Source: an uncultured Chloroflexia bacterium (lineage in GTDB: Bacteria > Chloroflexota > Limnocylindria > QHBO01). From it: DNA of 64,000 bases. The stretch covers positions 459,062-523,061 of the forward strand of contig CAVPGY010000001.1 of assembly GCA_963704115.1 (NCBI GenBank). Direction: 5' to 3'. Numbering within the stretch: the first letter of the stretch is position 1; every line of letters begins with the position of its first letter. Positions 18,650 to 28,826 of this stretch are shown here, piece by piece. The translations under genes and the position numbers were made by a program. The notes below the pieces were generated by a model, which saw nothing but the letters and a program-made list of their open reading frames with translations, had not been told where the DNA came from and did not search any database.

Positions 18650-19781
18650 TCACCGCCCCTGCCAGGCGGCCGCGACGATGATCCGCAGCCCGTCGCTCAC
18701 CAGCGCGTGGCCGCCACACAGCACCGGCACGGATGCCTGCGCCGCTGCCTCGGTCAGCTCGCGAAGCCACGGCGTGACGACGCGCGCGGCGTCGCCGAAG
18801 TCCGACGCGAGCCTCTCCTCCTCGGCGGGCCAGACGGAAGCGTCCGCTGAGCCAGCCTGCGCGGCCATCAGGACCCGCGTGTCGAGCACGACCGCGTCGC
18901 CGAGTCCGCACAGCTCCGCGATCAGATCCGCAGGAGACGTCCGCGCCATGAAGGCGGCGAGCAGCGACCGAGGCGCCGTGCCGCTGCGAGCCGATCGCAT
19001 CCCGCGCTCCTCGACGAAGGCGCGCACGCGGCACGCGGTCTCGGTCTCGAGCTCGGCCGTCGTGGCGCCCGGGATGCGCCCGGCGACCACGAGCTCCGCA
19101 TCCCTGTCGCGGATGACCTCGCCCAGGCGCTCGAGGTGCGGCACCTCCAGCGCTCGACCGCCCGGCAGCCGCGCCATCTCCAGGAAGCCTCGCACCGGGT
19201 CCGGGAGGGGGCGGATCCCCTCGAGGCGGCCGGCGAGCCGGAGCAGGGCGAGGTCGAGCGTCGTGTCGACGTCGAACCGCGCCCACCGCGCCGCCCCGAG
19301 GTCGCGCCAGGCGAATCTCGCCTCGGCCAGCCGCCGCGGTGCGGCATTGTCGGACTCGCACGACGAGAGCGCCTCGATCGCGGCCGGGAGGTCGCCGGCC
19401 ACCACGAAGGCATCCGCGCTGAAGCGGTTGTTGGCAACCACCTCGCCGGCAATCGGCGAGAGGAGGCCGTCGAGCGCGGCGTCGTCGACCAGGGAGAGCG
19501 CCCCGCCACCCACGTAGCCGATGGCGTCGACCGTGCCGTCCGCTGTCGCGGCGCGTTCAAGTGCCGCTCGCGCGCCGGCGGAGAACCAGCGGCCCCAGTG
19601 GAAAGCCGTCCGGCTCCGCGGCGGCGAGGGGTGCCACGGCCGCTCCGAGCCGCCCGAGCCGGCGCGACAGGTCGGCGGCGAGCAATCGCTTTCCATCGGC
19701 CGCGACGGCGGCATGGCTGCCGAATGGCTGGCCCTCCTCCGGCGTGGTGACGAGGACGAGCGGGGCGGGCCGCTCAGGCAT
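18650..19781 (-). CDS. hypothetical protein (one frame break)
   Basis: ATG at 19781 (MPERPAPLVLVTTPEEGQPFGSHAAVAADGKRLLAADL...) in the frame of ORF 19557..19979. It joins ORF 18650..19897 near 19590 (WFSAGARAALERAATADGTVDAIGYVGGGALSLVDD...). I recognise no family. Confidence 0.45.
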
Positions 19782-20424
19782 CGGTGCCGGGAGCGATCTC
19801 GGCGTCCGCGGGCTCGACCGCGGCCGCATCGGTGTCGCGCAGGCGGTGGAGCTGCTCGAGGTGCATGAGGTCGTGGATGCCGAGGAAGAGGAGCCACTCA
19901 CCACAGCGCAGATGGCCGACCAGCGGATGCTCCATCCGGCAGCGCCGCGTCTCGTGTCCCTCGATGCGCGCCGCCGCATCCCGGATCGCGCGGCGCGACT
20001 TGTCGAGGAGGGTCAGCAGGCGCTCGCGCGAGGCGTCCGGAGCTCCGGGGATCGACGGGACCACGGTGGGTGGACGGTGCTCGGGCCAGCTCCCGTCGAC
20101 GTCGAGCGCCGCCCACGTACCGAGGAATCGGCGCGCGGCGGTGGTGTGGGCGAAGGCCTGCGCGACGTTCCAGTCCTCCTCGCCGCCGGGCGCGAGCAGG
20201 AGCCGATCGGGCAGCGAGCGCAGCACCGCCTCCAGCGCGTCGCCGATCGCCTCCTGCTGGGCCAGGATGCGGGGCGCGTCGCCCGGCTCGACCCGCGGGC
20301 GGATCTCGCGGCGCAGCGCCGTCAGCCCGGACACGCTCCAGTCGAAGACGCGCCAGCATGCGACGACGTCCGGCGCCTCCGCCTCGAGGCTGGCAACCCA
20401 GGCGGGCGTGGCGAAGGGGGTCAT
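19774..20424 (-). CDS. DinB-superfamily (DinB_2-like) metal-dependent protein
   Basis: MTPFATPAWVASLEAE...DWNVAQAFAHTTAARRFL...HPLVGHLRCGEWLLFLGIHDLMHLEQLHRL, a four-helix DinB-type His pattern. ATG at 20424 within ORF 19774..20535. Confidence 0.65.
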   Translation of the reverse strand: MTPFATPAWVASLEAEAPDVVACWRVFDWSVSGLTALRREIRPRVEPGDAPRILAQQEAIGDALEAVLRSLPDRLLLAPGGEEDWNVAQAFAHTTAARRFLGTWAALDVDGSWPEHRPPTVVPSIPGAPDASRERLLTLLDKSRRAIRDAAARIEGHETRRCRMEHPLVGHLRCGEWLLFLGIHDLMHLEQLHRLRDTDAAAVEPADAEIAPGTDA

Positions 20425-20452
20425 GTGCGCCAGCGTACCGCCTGCCCCAAGC

Positions 20453-20670
20453 GTGCCGATCGATCGGGCAGGATCTCGCACGAGACGATCGCCGCGGGGC
20501 GCTCTGCCCGACCGATCGGGCACGCAGGCGCACATCGGCGCTGGATGCAGCGTTCCGGCGCCGCTGTGCCCGATTGATCGGCATGCACGCGCGCGGCGAC
20601 GCTCTCGTGCGCCGCCAGGCCCGATCTATCGGCCGCCACGGTGCGGGAGGCGTCTCGATCGGGTCGGGTC
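20453..20670. repeat. cluster A of 18-20 bp imperfect palindromic repeats (consensus about TGCCCGATNGATCGGGCA)
   Basis: Copies sit at about 20455-20470 (tgccgatcgatcgggca), 20505-20522 (tgcccgaccgatcgggca), 20567-20583 (tgcccgattgatcggca) and 20619-20634 (gcccgatctatcggcc). A degenerate copy lies near 20657. Spacing is about 50, 62 and 52 bp. The region is intergenic, between the DinB-like start and the darA stop. Confidence 0.7.
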
Positions 20671-20675
20671 GGGTC

Positions 20676-21006
20676 TCAGAGGCGCTCGAATCGCTCCACG
20701 GGGAGGACGAAGACCGTCGCCCCACCGACCTCCACCTCGACCGGGTAGGGCATGTAGAACTCGCCCGGCTCCATGATCGGCGGCATCGGGTTCACGAACT
20801 GCTTCCGAGAGTGGCAGTTGGCGCTGATGAGCTCGAGGACGGCGTCGACCTGGTCGTCCTCGACCCCCACCAGGATGGTGGCGTTGCCCTGCTTGAGAAA
20901 GCCGCCCGGAGGAGTTGAACCGCGTGGCGCGGTACTCCTTCTCGAGGAGAGCGTCGACGAGTGTCGCGGCATCCTCGTTGTGGACGATGGCGGTGACGAG
21001 CTTCAT
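20676..21006 (-). CDS. darA: cyclic-di-AMP receptor, PII-like (DarA/YaaQ family), one frame break
   Basis: ATG at 21006 with a GGAG RBS (MKLVTAIVHNEDAATLVDALLEKEYRATRFNSSG). Joins ORF 20676..20972 (GFLKQGNATILVGVEDDQVDAVLELI...YMPYPVEVEVGGATVFVLPVERFERL). There is an extra base in CCCGG near 20905-20909. Confidence 0.8.
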
Positions 21007-21175
21007 CCGGGTGGGCTCCTTCGATCGACGACGGGCAAGGCGAGACACCGGGCAACAGTATGGCGCAGGGGAGCACCCGAGGGCCACCCGTCTCGTGCCC
21101 CGCGCCGAGAACGCCGTCCCGTTCATCAAGCGCGTCCCCCGCCGGGATTGCGGCGGCGAGACCGACCGGCGTTGC

Positions 21176-21812
21176 TCAGGGGTGCAGCTCGGCGTCCACG
21201 GTCGCGCGGATCGCGGCGTCAGCCTCGTCGACCGAGCCGGAGCCGTCGACGACGCGGAACCGGTTCGGCTCGTCGCCGGCGAGGCGCAGGTAGGCGGACC
21301 GCACCTGCTCGAAGAACGTCAGCTCCTCGGTGTCCTCGAAGCGGTTCCACTCCGCGCGCCGACGGGTGCGCTCGAGGCCGATCTCGACGGGCACGTCGAG
21401 CAGCAGGGTGAGGTCGGGGAGCAGGCCGTCGGTGGCGAACTCCTGGAGGCGGCGCAGCTCCGTCGTGTCGTTGCCGTAGCCCGGCGCCCTGGTAGGCGAG
21501 CGACGAGTCGAGATAGCGGGCGCAGACGACCCAGTCGCCGCGCTCGAGGGCGGGCCGGATGACGCCGTCCGACGTGCTGGGCGCGACCGGCGGCATACAG
21601 CAGCGCGTCGGCGCGCGGGTCGAGGTCGTCGCTCATGCCCCGCATGTGCAGCACGATCCGTCGGATCTCGTCGCCGAGCGGCGTGCCTCGCCGGCTCCTG
21701 GGTCAGCACCACGGTCGGCCGCGCTCGCGCAGCCAGGTCGCGAGTGCCGCGCGGCGGTCGTCTTGCCGCTGCCCTCCGGTCCCTCGAGGGTGATGAACCG
21801 GCCGCGCGTCAC
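21176..21812 (-). CDS. tmk: thymidylate kinase (several frame breaks)
   Basis: GTG at 21812 ([20 protein letters not shown]-loop). Further pieces: DPRADALLYAA, VCARYLDSSLAYQGAG, LPDLTLLLDVPVEIGLER...RFEDTEELTFFEQVRSAYLRLA. Confidence 0.8.
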
Positions 21813-23699
21813 GCCGGCGGCAGGACGCTGGTCACGACCATCGCCCGACCAGCACGGCCCGAGCACCACGAGCACCGCGATGCGGCGCCTCGGCTCATCG
21901 CCACGCCACTTCCCGTCTTCGGGCAGCAGCTCGACCCGTCGGTTCGGCTCGGAGCCACGTGAGCGCGACATCAGCGCGTTGCGCTCGGCCATCTGGTGCT
22001 GGAGCCGGCGGACGTAGGCGTTCTGTGGCGCGAGCTCGAGCGGACGGCCGGAGGCCTGCACCAGGCCGATCGCCTCGGCGGTTTCGCGCAGCGCCGCCTC
22101 CTGCGGATCGGCCTCGAGGTCGAACAGGCTGGCCAGCATGTTCTCCATCTGGACCATGGTGTTCGACTTGAGCACGTAGATCGGCACGCCGTTCGACTCG
22201 GCGTCGCGCAGGGCGGCGGGCTTGCGCTTGTAGTAGTTGCGCAGGGTGACGACGGCATCGGCATCGTCGAGGTCTCGCGGGCCACGTTGACCGGCACGCC
22301 CAGCTCGCGCACCGACTGCTCGAGGCGCTTGCGGCTGACGCCGAACGCGAAGACGCTCATCGGCCGATGCGTTCTGCGCTCGAGGCCGGCGCCGGTCGCT
22401 GGGCGCCGATCGGCCGGTCGACGTCGCGAGCGTCGTCCATCTCGGCCAGGGCATGCTCGAGCTCCCGCCGCGGGTCGCGCTCGTCGGGGCTCGCGCTTGC
22501 CCGACGATCCGCTCTCCGGGCAAGGGCACGCGTCTCGACGTGGACCGTCGCCAGCCGCCGGGCAGCGGGCGCAGGCCCCGCTCGTACCGTCCGCCGCGCG
22601 GCCCGCCACGGCCGAAGGCACCGAAGCCGCCCGTCGGCTCCAGCGGCGCGAAGGTCGTTCGCGGACGCGGATCTCGCTGATGCGGTAGTCGTACTTGGTC
22701 TGCCGCCTTCACCTCGCCGGCCTTCGTTCCGGAACCGCGCCTCGGGCGGGACCATGTGGCCGCGCAGGATCGCGTCGACCGTCTCGGCGACGTTGCGGTG
22801 GACGATGACGCTGTCGCGCTCGACGATCTCGACCAGGACGTCGAACGTCGGCGGCGCCTTGCGCTCGAGGACGGTCTTCTGCGTGCCGCGGCGCCGCGCC
22901 TCCTCGTCGCCGAGGGTCACCGACTGGATGCCGCCGACGAGGTCGGACAGCGTCGGGTTGAGCATCAGGTTGTCGAGCGTGTTGCCGTGCGCGGTGCCGA
23001 CGAGCTGGACGCCGCGCTCGGCGATCGTCCGTGCGGCCAGCGCCTCGAGCTCGGTGCCGATCTCGTCGATGACGATCACCTCGGGCATGTGGTTCTCGAC
23101 CGCCTCGATCATCACGCGCGTGCTGCTCGGTCGGCGTGCGGACCTGCATGCGGCGCGCGTCGCCGATGCCGGGGTGCGGGATGTCGCCGTCGCCGGCGAT
23201 CTCGTTCGAGGTGTCGACCACGATCACCCGCTTGTCGAGGTCGTCGGCCAGGACGCGGGCCACCTCGCGCAGCATCGTCGTCTTGCCGACGCCGGGACGG
23301 CCGAGGAGCAGGACGCGACTGCCCGCCCTCGACCATGTCGTGGATGATGTCGATGGTGCCGAAGACCGCGCGGCCGATGCGGCAGGTGAGCCCCACGACC
23401 TTGCCGGAGCGGTTGCGGATGGCACTGATGCGGTGCAGCGTGCGCTCGATCCCGGCGCGGTTGTCGTCGCCGAACACGCCGATGTGGTCGATGACGTAGG
23501 CGATGTCCGCCTCGGTCACCTCGCGGTCGAGGAGGTCCTGCTCACCCGTCGTGAAGCGTGCCTCGGGCCGGCGCCCGAGGTCCATCACCACCTCGAGCAG
23601 GTCGGTGCGGTTGGCGACCGTGCTCAGCCGCTCCACGATCTCCGGCGGCAGCGCCTCCATGAGCGCGTCGAGGTCATCGGTCGTCTCGCGTCGCACCAT
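21809..23699 (-). CDS. AAA ATPase with C-terminal R3H nucleic-acid-binding domain (Ycf45/SpoIIIAA-like), several frame breaks
   Basis: [25 protein letters not shown]...[24 protein letters not shown], then [21 protein letters not shown]...[20 protein letters not shown], then [25 protein letters not shown]...[25 protein letters not shown]. The R3H part is [17 protein letters not shown]...[27 protein letters not shown] at 21809-21811 overlapping the tmk GTG is reached after a correction at GGG 21921-21923. Confidence 0.7.
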
Positions 23700-23723
23700 G
23701 TTCGTGCTCCGCCTCCCCTGCGC

Positions 23724-24715
23724 TCACCGGGACGTGACCGGCACCATCGCCGGCTGCGCGGACCTGTGCCCGCACCTCGCGCATGAGGAGCGTGACCCGC
23801 CCGACCGGCTCGAAGCCGACGGCGGCGGCGGCACGCATGCCCGCGACTCGTATGTTCGCACCGGAGACAGGATGCCTGCACCGATCGCCTCGGCGCCCAT
23901 CCTCGCGAGTGCGGCGCGCAGGAAGCGCGGCGCCGTCGATCGCCGTCGCGCACGAGGAAGCGCAGGTAGTGCGGACCGCCGCGGCAGGTGCCGTGCTGCG
24001 CGAAGCCGCCGGCCCGCTGCTCCGACGGCTGGAACCAGGCGTTCACCTCGCCGAAGTGCAGGATCGGGTTGAGCGCCGAGCGCGGCACGATCGCCTCGTT
24101 GCCGACCGAGTCCCAGTCCGATGCGTTGTAGGCCTCGATCCGCGCGATCGCCGGCGGCGTCGCGTGCGACCAGAGGTCGAAGAGGTGCCACGCGTCCGGC
24201 GCGCCGGCCGGTTGAAGCTCCGGGAGGCTCGTGCGGCGACCTCGTCGCGCCGCGCCGCCGCCCGTCGCGCGAGACGATCGATCGGAGCCAGGAGCGCGGG
24301 CCCGCGCACCGTCTCCGGCGGACGCCACCAGATCTCCTCCTGCGCGTACGCGGTGAACCCGGCCTGCCCGAAGAGCTCGAGGTTCTCGCGCACGTCGGCG
24401 CAGGCGGCGTGGAAGCGGCCGACGTCGTGCCGCGCGCCCTCCTCGATCAGGGCGCCGAGCAGGGACCAGCGGATCTCGGCGGCCATCGGTCGTCGGCCGC
24501 GTCGAGCTCGGTGATGGCCCAGTCGTCGCGGTGCGGCTCCTCGATGGCGCGGCAGCTGCCGACGATCTCGCCGTCCGACTCGGCGACGAGGTGGACGGAC
24601 GGCGCCCGCAGCGGCAGCCACGACGGCATGAGCGTCGAGAGGCTGATCGCGGCGTCTCGGTCGAGGGGGCCGGCACGCCGAGGCTGCGGCGGTGCGCGTC
24701 AGCGGCGGCGTGCAC
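23724..24715 (-). CDS. two-domain GNAT-family acetyltransferase-like protein (frame-broken, boundaries uncertain)
   Basis: Fragments are [113 protein letters not shown] and [20 protein letters not shown]...[18 protein letters not shown]. Confidence 0.45.
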
Positions 24716-24750
24716 GCGACGGGAGAGATCGGCCAGGGCCTGCCGATCGG

Positions 24751-25404
24751 TCAGTCGCGCGCCGGCGGATCGTTCGCTCGGTCTCGATCACGCGGTCGAC
24801 CCGTACCCTCCGCCACCAGCTCGAGCAGGAGCCGATGCATTCGCCGGTCGGCGTCAGCTCCGGATGGAAGGTCGTGGCCAGCACGTTGCCCTGCCGGATC
24901 GCCGACCGGCCTGCCGTCGGGGTCGCGGGCCAGCACCTCGGCGCGCGGGCCCAACGTCCGTCGACGATCGGGGCGCGGATGAAGACGCCGTGGAGCGACG
25001 CCCTCGCCGAGGGCCGGGACGTCGAGCTCGGTCTCGAAACGAATCGAGCTGGCGGCCGTAGCCGTTGCGCTGGACCTCGATGTCGAGCATCCCGCAGCAC
25101 CGGCGTCGTCGCCGTCGCTCGCTGCGCTCGGCCAGCAGGATCATGCCGGCGCAGGTGCCGAGCATCGGCGCCCCGCCGCGGGCCATCGCGGCGATCGGCT
25201 CGCGCAGCCCGTAGCGTCGATGAGGCTGCGCATGGCGGTCGATTCGCCGCCGGGCAGGATGAGCGCGTCGAGGTCGACGAGGTCGCGCGGCAGGCGCACC
25301 TCGACCGGCTCGGCGCCGATCTCGCGAATGGCGTCGATGTGGGCGCGGACGGCGCCCTGCACCGCGAGGACGCCGATCCGTGGACGGCGAGGAGCCTGCT
25401 CCAT
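24751..25404 (-). CDS. pdxT: pyridoxal 5'-phosphate synthase glutaminase subunit (several frame breaks)
   Basis: ATG at 25404 ([58 protein letters not shown]). Further pieces: [57 protein letters not shown]. Confidence 0.8.
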
Positions 25405-25408
25405 CGGT

Positions 25409-26304
25409 CTACCAGCCGCGAACGGCGAGGCGCTCCTCGGGCGGGATCTCTGCCGAGCTGATGCCCAGCATCGGGGCGGCCGAGGCCGGTGCTGACCTCG
25501 GCCAGGATCTCCGGGTTGTCGTAGTGCGTCGCGGCCTTGACGATCGCCTTGGCGTAGCGCTCGGGGTCCTCGCTCTTGAAGATGCCCGAGCCGACGAAGA
25601 CCGCTTCCGCGCCGAGCTGGCGCATGAGGGACGCGTCGGCCGGGGTGGCGACGCCGCCGGCGCTGAAGTTCGGCACGGGCAGCGCACCGAGCTCGGCGGT
25701 CTGCTTCACCACGTCGTAGCGGCGCACGCAGCTCCTTGGCCGCGGCGAACAGCTCGTCCTCGCGCATCGCACTGCAGCTGGCGGATGCCCTTCTGCGACG
25801 GCGCGCATGTGCCGCACCGCCTCGACGATGTCGCCGGTGCCGGCCTCGCCCTTGGTGCGGATCATGGCCGCGCCCTCGCCGATGCGTCGCAGCGCCTCGC
25901 CCAGGTCGCGGCAGCCGCACACGAACGGCACCTTGAAGCGGTGCTTGTCGATGTGGTGCTCCTCGTCGGCCGGGGTGAGCACCTCGGACTCGTCGATGAA
26001 GTCGACCTCGAGCGACTCGAGGATCTGCGCCTCGGCGAAGTGACCGATGCGGCACTTGGCCATGACCGGGATGGTGACCGCCGCCTTGATCTCCTTGATC
26101 AGCTTCGGGTCGCTCATGCGCGCCACGCCGCCGAACTTGCGGATGTCGGACGGGACACGCTCCAGCGCCATGACCGCCACGGCGCCGGCCTCCTCGGCGA
26201 TCTTCGCCTGGTCGGCGGTGACGACGTCCATGATCACGCCGCCCGAGAGCATGCGGGCGAGGCCGACCTTGGTAGCCCAGGTTGCATCGTTCGATGGTGG
26301 TCAT
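25409..26304 (-). CDS. pdxS: pyridoxal 5'-phosphate synthase lyase subunit (several frame breaks)
   Basis: ATG at 26304. [40 protein letters not shown]...[44 protein letters not shown]...[16 protein letters not shown]...[32 protein letters not shown]. The C-terminus ...[18 protein letters not shown] ends at TAG 25409-25411. Confidence 0.9.
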
Positions 26305-26531
26305 TCGGGGCTCTTTCATGCATGCCGATGTCGGCGCTTCGCGCCGTCCTGCCTCGGCATCGCAATTCTACTCGGGAGCGCGTCGAGTGCCCAACAGCGC
26401 CCACGGTCGCGCCGTTCGCCCGCAGACGGGCCGAACGGCCCATGCGCCCCCGTCCGAACTCCGCATCATTGGAGCCATGTCACCCTGCGCGCATCGACGA
26501 GAATCCGATGCGCGCCCTTGCGCCGGATCGG

Positions 26532-26537
26532 TAGCAT
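26532..26537 (+). promoter_or_regulatory. candidate -10 element TAGCAT, 6 nt upstream of the EIIA ATG (possible leaderless transcript)
   Basis: An AT-rich hexamer in a roughly 70% GC context. No Shine-Dalgarno sequence lies between it and the ATG at 26544. Confidence 0.3.
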
Positions 26538-26543
26538 CGCGTC

Positions 26544-27011
26544 ATGGGTGACCAGCCCGCCTCCCTCCGCGAATCGCTGAGCGAGCGCTCAATCGCGCTC
26601 GCGGAGCGTCACGAGGATCGCGAGAGCACCGTGCGCCGCACGGGCGAGCTCCTCGCCGCCGGCGGATCGGTCGATCCGGCCTATGGCGATGAGATGCTCG
26701 CGGCCCTCAAGGAGTATGGACCGTACATCGTCATCGCTCCCGGGGTGGCGCTCGCCCATGCCCGGCCGAGCCCCGCGGTCCGGGGCATCGCCTTCAGCCT
26801 CCTCACCCTGGCGCCGTCGGTGCCCTTCGGTCACCCGGAGAACGACCCGGTCCGCCTGGTGGTTGGGCTCGCCGCACCGGACGACGAGTCGCACATCGAG
26901 GCGCTGCGGCAGATGGCCGAGCTGCTCGGCGACGACACCCGGAGGGAGGCGCTCATCGGCGCACGGACGGTGGACCAGGTGCTCAAAGTGGTGGAAGGAG
27001 CGACCGGATGA
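26544..27011 (+). CDS. ulaC: PTS EIIA component, ascorbate/mannitol-fructose type (PTS_EIIA_2, UlaC-like)
   Basis: Intact 155-aa ORF: YIVIAPGVALAHARPSPAV...PVRLVVGLAAPDDESHIEALRQMAELL, closely parallel to the UlaC pattern. Confidence 0.8.
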   Translation: MGDQPASLRESLSERSIALAERHEDRESTVRRTGELLAAGGSVDPAYGDEMLAALKEYGPYIVIAPGVALAHARPSPAVRGIAFSLLTLAPSVPFGHPENDPVRLVVGLAAPDDESHIEALRQMAELLGDDTRREALIGARTVDQVLKVVEGATG

Positions 27012-27286
27012 AGATCCTGACCGTGTGCGGCATGGGGCTCGGGACGGGCCTTCTGCTGCGGATGAACACGGAGGCGGCGCTGAAGGCGATCGGTGTCGAG
27101 GACGCTTTGGTCGAGGTGGCCGACATCAGCTCGGCGAGGGGCATGGGGGCGTCGGCAGACATCGTCCTGACGAGCTCCGAGCTGGCTGAGCAGCTCGGTC
27201 CGGTGAAGGGGACCCTGGTCACCATCACCAACTTCTTCGACAAGGGGGAGATCGAACGCAAGCTGCGCGAGGCGCTTGGTCGATGA
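27008..27286 (+). CDS. ulaB: PTS EIIB component (UlaB/SgaB-like)
   Basis: Intact 92-aa ORF MKILTVCGMGLGTGLLLRMN... with the active-site Cys motif. Its ATG overlaps the EIIA stop (ATGA). Confidence 0.8.
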   Translation: MKILTVCGMGLGTGLLLRMNTEAALKAIGVEDALVEVADISSARGMGASADIVLTSSELAEQLGPVKGTLVTITNFFDKGEIERKLREALGR

Positions 27287-27366
27287 CGGAACGCCCCCGC
27301 ACCGGGGCGCACGGCAGCTGAGGGAGTGGGCCGCGGACACGCGGAAGAAACGGAGGAGACCCAATC

Positions 27367-28806
27367 GTGGACGTTATCGGCGGCATTGTCCGCTTCATCG
27401 TCGAGGAGATCCTGAGCCAGCCGGCGCTGCTCCTCGGCCTCATCGTGCTTGTCGGGCTCGTCGCCCTGCGCAAGCCGGCCGGCGACGTCATCGGCGGGAC
27501 GCTCAAGGCGGTCCTCGGGTTCGTCATCCTCGGCGTCGGCGCCGGGGCGGTGGTCGGGGCCCTCACGCCCCTCGGCACGATGATCCTCGAGGTCTTCGGC
27601 GCCCAGGGTGTCGTTCCGACCAACGAGGCGATCACCGCCATCGCGGCCGGCGAGTTCGGCGTGACCGTCGCCTGGGTCATGCTCGTCGGATTCCTGGTCA
27701 ACCTGCTGCTCGCCCGGATCACCCCGCTCAAGTACATCTTCCTGACCGGGCACCACATCCTGTTCATGGCCACGATGCTCGCGGTCGTCCTGTCGGCAGC
27801 CGACATCGTCGACGCGCCGAACGTCATCCTCGGCGGCATCCTGCTCGGCACGGTGATGGTCGTCATGCCGGCCCTCGGGCAGCCGTTCATGCGCAGGATC
27901 ACCAACGATCAGCCGGTCGCCATCGGCCACTTCGGCACGATGGGGTACATCCTGGCCGGCCTGGCCGGCAAGGCCTTCGGTGGGCAGTCGCGCTCGACCG
28001 AGGAGATGAACTTCCCGAAGACGATCAACTTCCTGCGCGATGCGATGGTCGCCACCGCCGTGGCGATGATCCTCATCTACCTGATCTTCAGCATCTGGTA
28101 CGCGCAGGTGGCGAGCGCCGAGCAGATCGCCGCGATCACCGGTGGTGACCTCGTCGTCTTCGGCTTCACCCAGGCGCTGACGTTCGCCGCCGGCGTGGCG
28201 GTGATCCTGCTCGGCGTGCGCACGATCCTCGGCGAGATCGTCCCGGCGTTCGCGGGCATCGGCTCGCGCATCGTCCCGGACGCACTGCCGGCGCTCGACT
28301 GCCCGATCACGTTCCCGTTCGCACCGAACGCGGTGCTCATCGGCTTCGTGGCGAGCTTCGCGGGCGGTCTCGTGAGCCTCGGCATCCTCGGCCTCACCGA
28401 CGGGCTCGGCCTGTCGCTGGCGCTCATCCTGCCGGGCATGGTCCCGCACTTCTTCACCGGTGGCACCGCCGGCGTGTTCGGCAATGCGACCGGCGGACGG
28501 GTGGGGGCGATCATCGGTGGGTTCGTGAACGGCGTGTTCATCACCTTCGGAGCGGCATTCCTGCTCCCGGTGATGGGCGAGCTCGGCTTCGCGAACACGA
28601 CCTTCGGCGATGCCGACTTCCAGTGGTACGGCATCCTCGTCGGCAACGTCGCCAATCTCGGCGGCGTGGTGGTCTGGATCGGCCTCGGCGTGATCGTGGC
28701 CGCGCTCCTGGCGCTCGGCATCTGGGTGCAGAACCGATTCGTTCCGCCGCCGCACTACGACGCGCCGGCGACCGAGGCGGCGGCCCCGACGACGCCACCG
28801 GCCTGA
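27367..28806 (+). CDS. ulaA: PTS ascorbate-family EIIC permease (UlaA/SgaT-like)
   Basis: Intact 479-aa polytopic ORF. GTG start after GGAGGAG. QPALLLGLIVLVGLVALRK...LKAVLGFVILGVGAG...FLTGHHILF...DCPITFPFAPNAVLIGF...PGMVPHFFTGGTAGVFGN. Confidence 0.85.
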   Translation: MDVIGGIVRFIVEEILSQPALLLGLIVLVGLVALRKPAGDVIGGTLKAVLGFVILGVGAGAVVGALTPLGTMILEVFGAQGVVPTNEAITAIAAGEFGVTVAWVMLVGFLVNLLLARITPLKYIFLTGHHILFMATMLAVVLSAADIVDAPNVILGGILLGTVMVVMPALGQPFMRRITNDQPVAIGHFGTMGYILAGLAGKAFGGQSRSTEEMNFPKTINFLRDAMVATAVAMILIYLIFSIWYAQVASAEQIAAITGGDLVVFGFTQALTFAAGVAVILLGVRTILGEIVPAFAGIGSRIVPDALPALDCPITFPFAPNAVLIGFVASFAGGLVSLGILGLTDGLGLSLALILPGMVPHFFTGGTAGVFGNATGGRVGAIIGGFVNGVFITFGAAFLLPVMGELGFANTTFGDADFQWYGILVGNVANLGGVVVWIGLGVIVAALLALGIWVQNRFVPPPHYDAPATEAAAPTTPPA

Positions 28807-28826
28807 GAACCTCGCACTCGCAGCGA

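Noticed and set aside
20453-20670. Possible CRISPR arrays at 20.45-20.67 kb and 36.56-36.80 kb: regularly spaced short palindromic repeats.
   Set aside because: The repeats are only ~16-20 bp and imperfect. The spacers share motifs with each other and between the two loci. No cas genes or leader are present. A REP/BIME-like dispersed element fits better.
19898-20725. Long minus-strand ORFs with repeated PIDRA/PINRA/PIDRH peptides, a possible repeat protein.
   Set aside because: The periodic peptides are simply translations of the palindromic DNA repeats. These ORFs overlap the well-supported DinB-like gene out of frame and have the Arg/Pro/Ala-rich composition typical of non-coding frames in high-GC DNA.
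1582-26304. Genuine pseudogenisation or genome decay of the nuo, tmk, pdx and fol genes.
   Set aside because: The affected genes include essential single-copy functions. Apart from the single-base indels the sequences are highly conserved, with no in-frame stops or large deletions. Corrected reading frames restore canonical start-stop overlaps. Neighbouring blocks are error free. Artefact is the more economical explanation, but it is unproven without reads.
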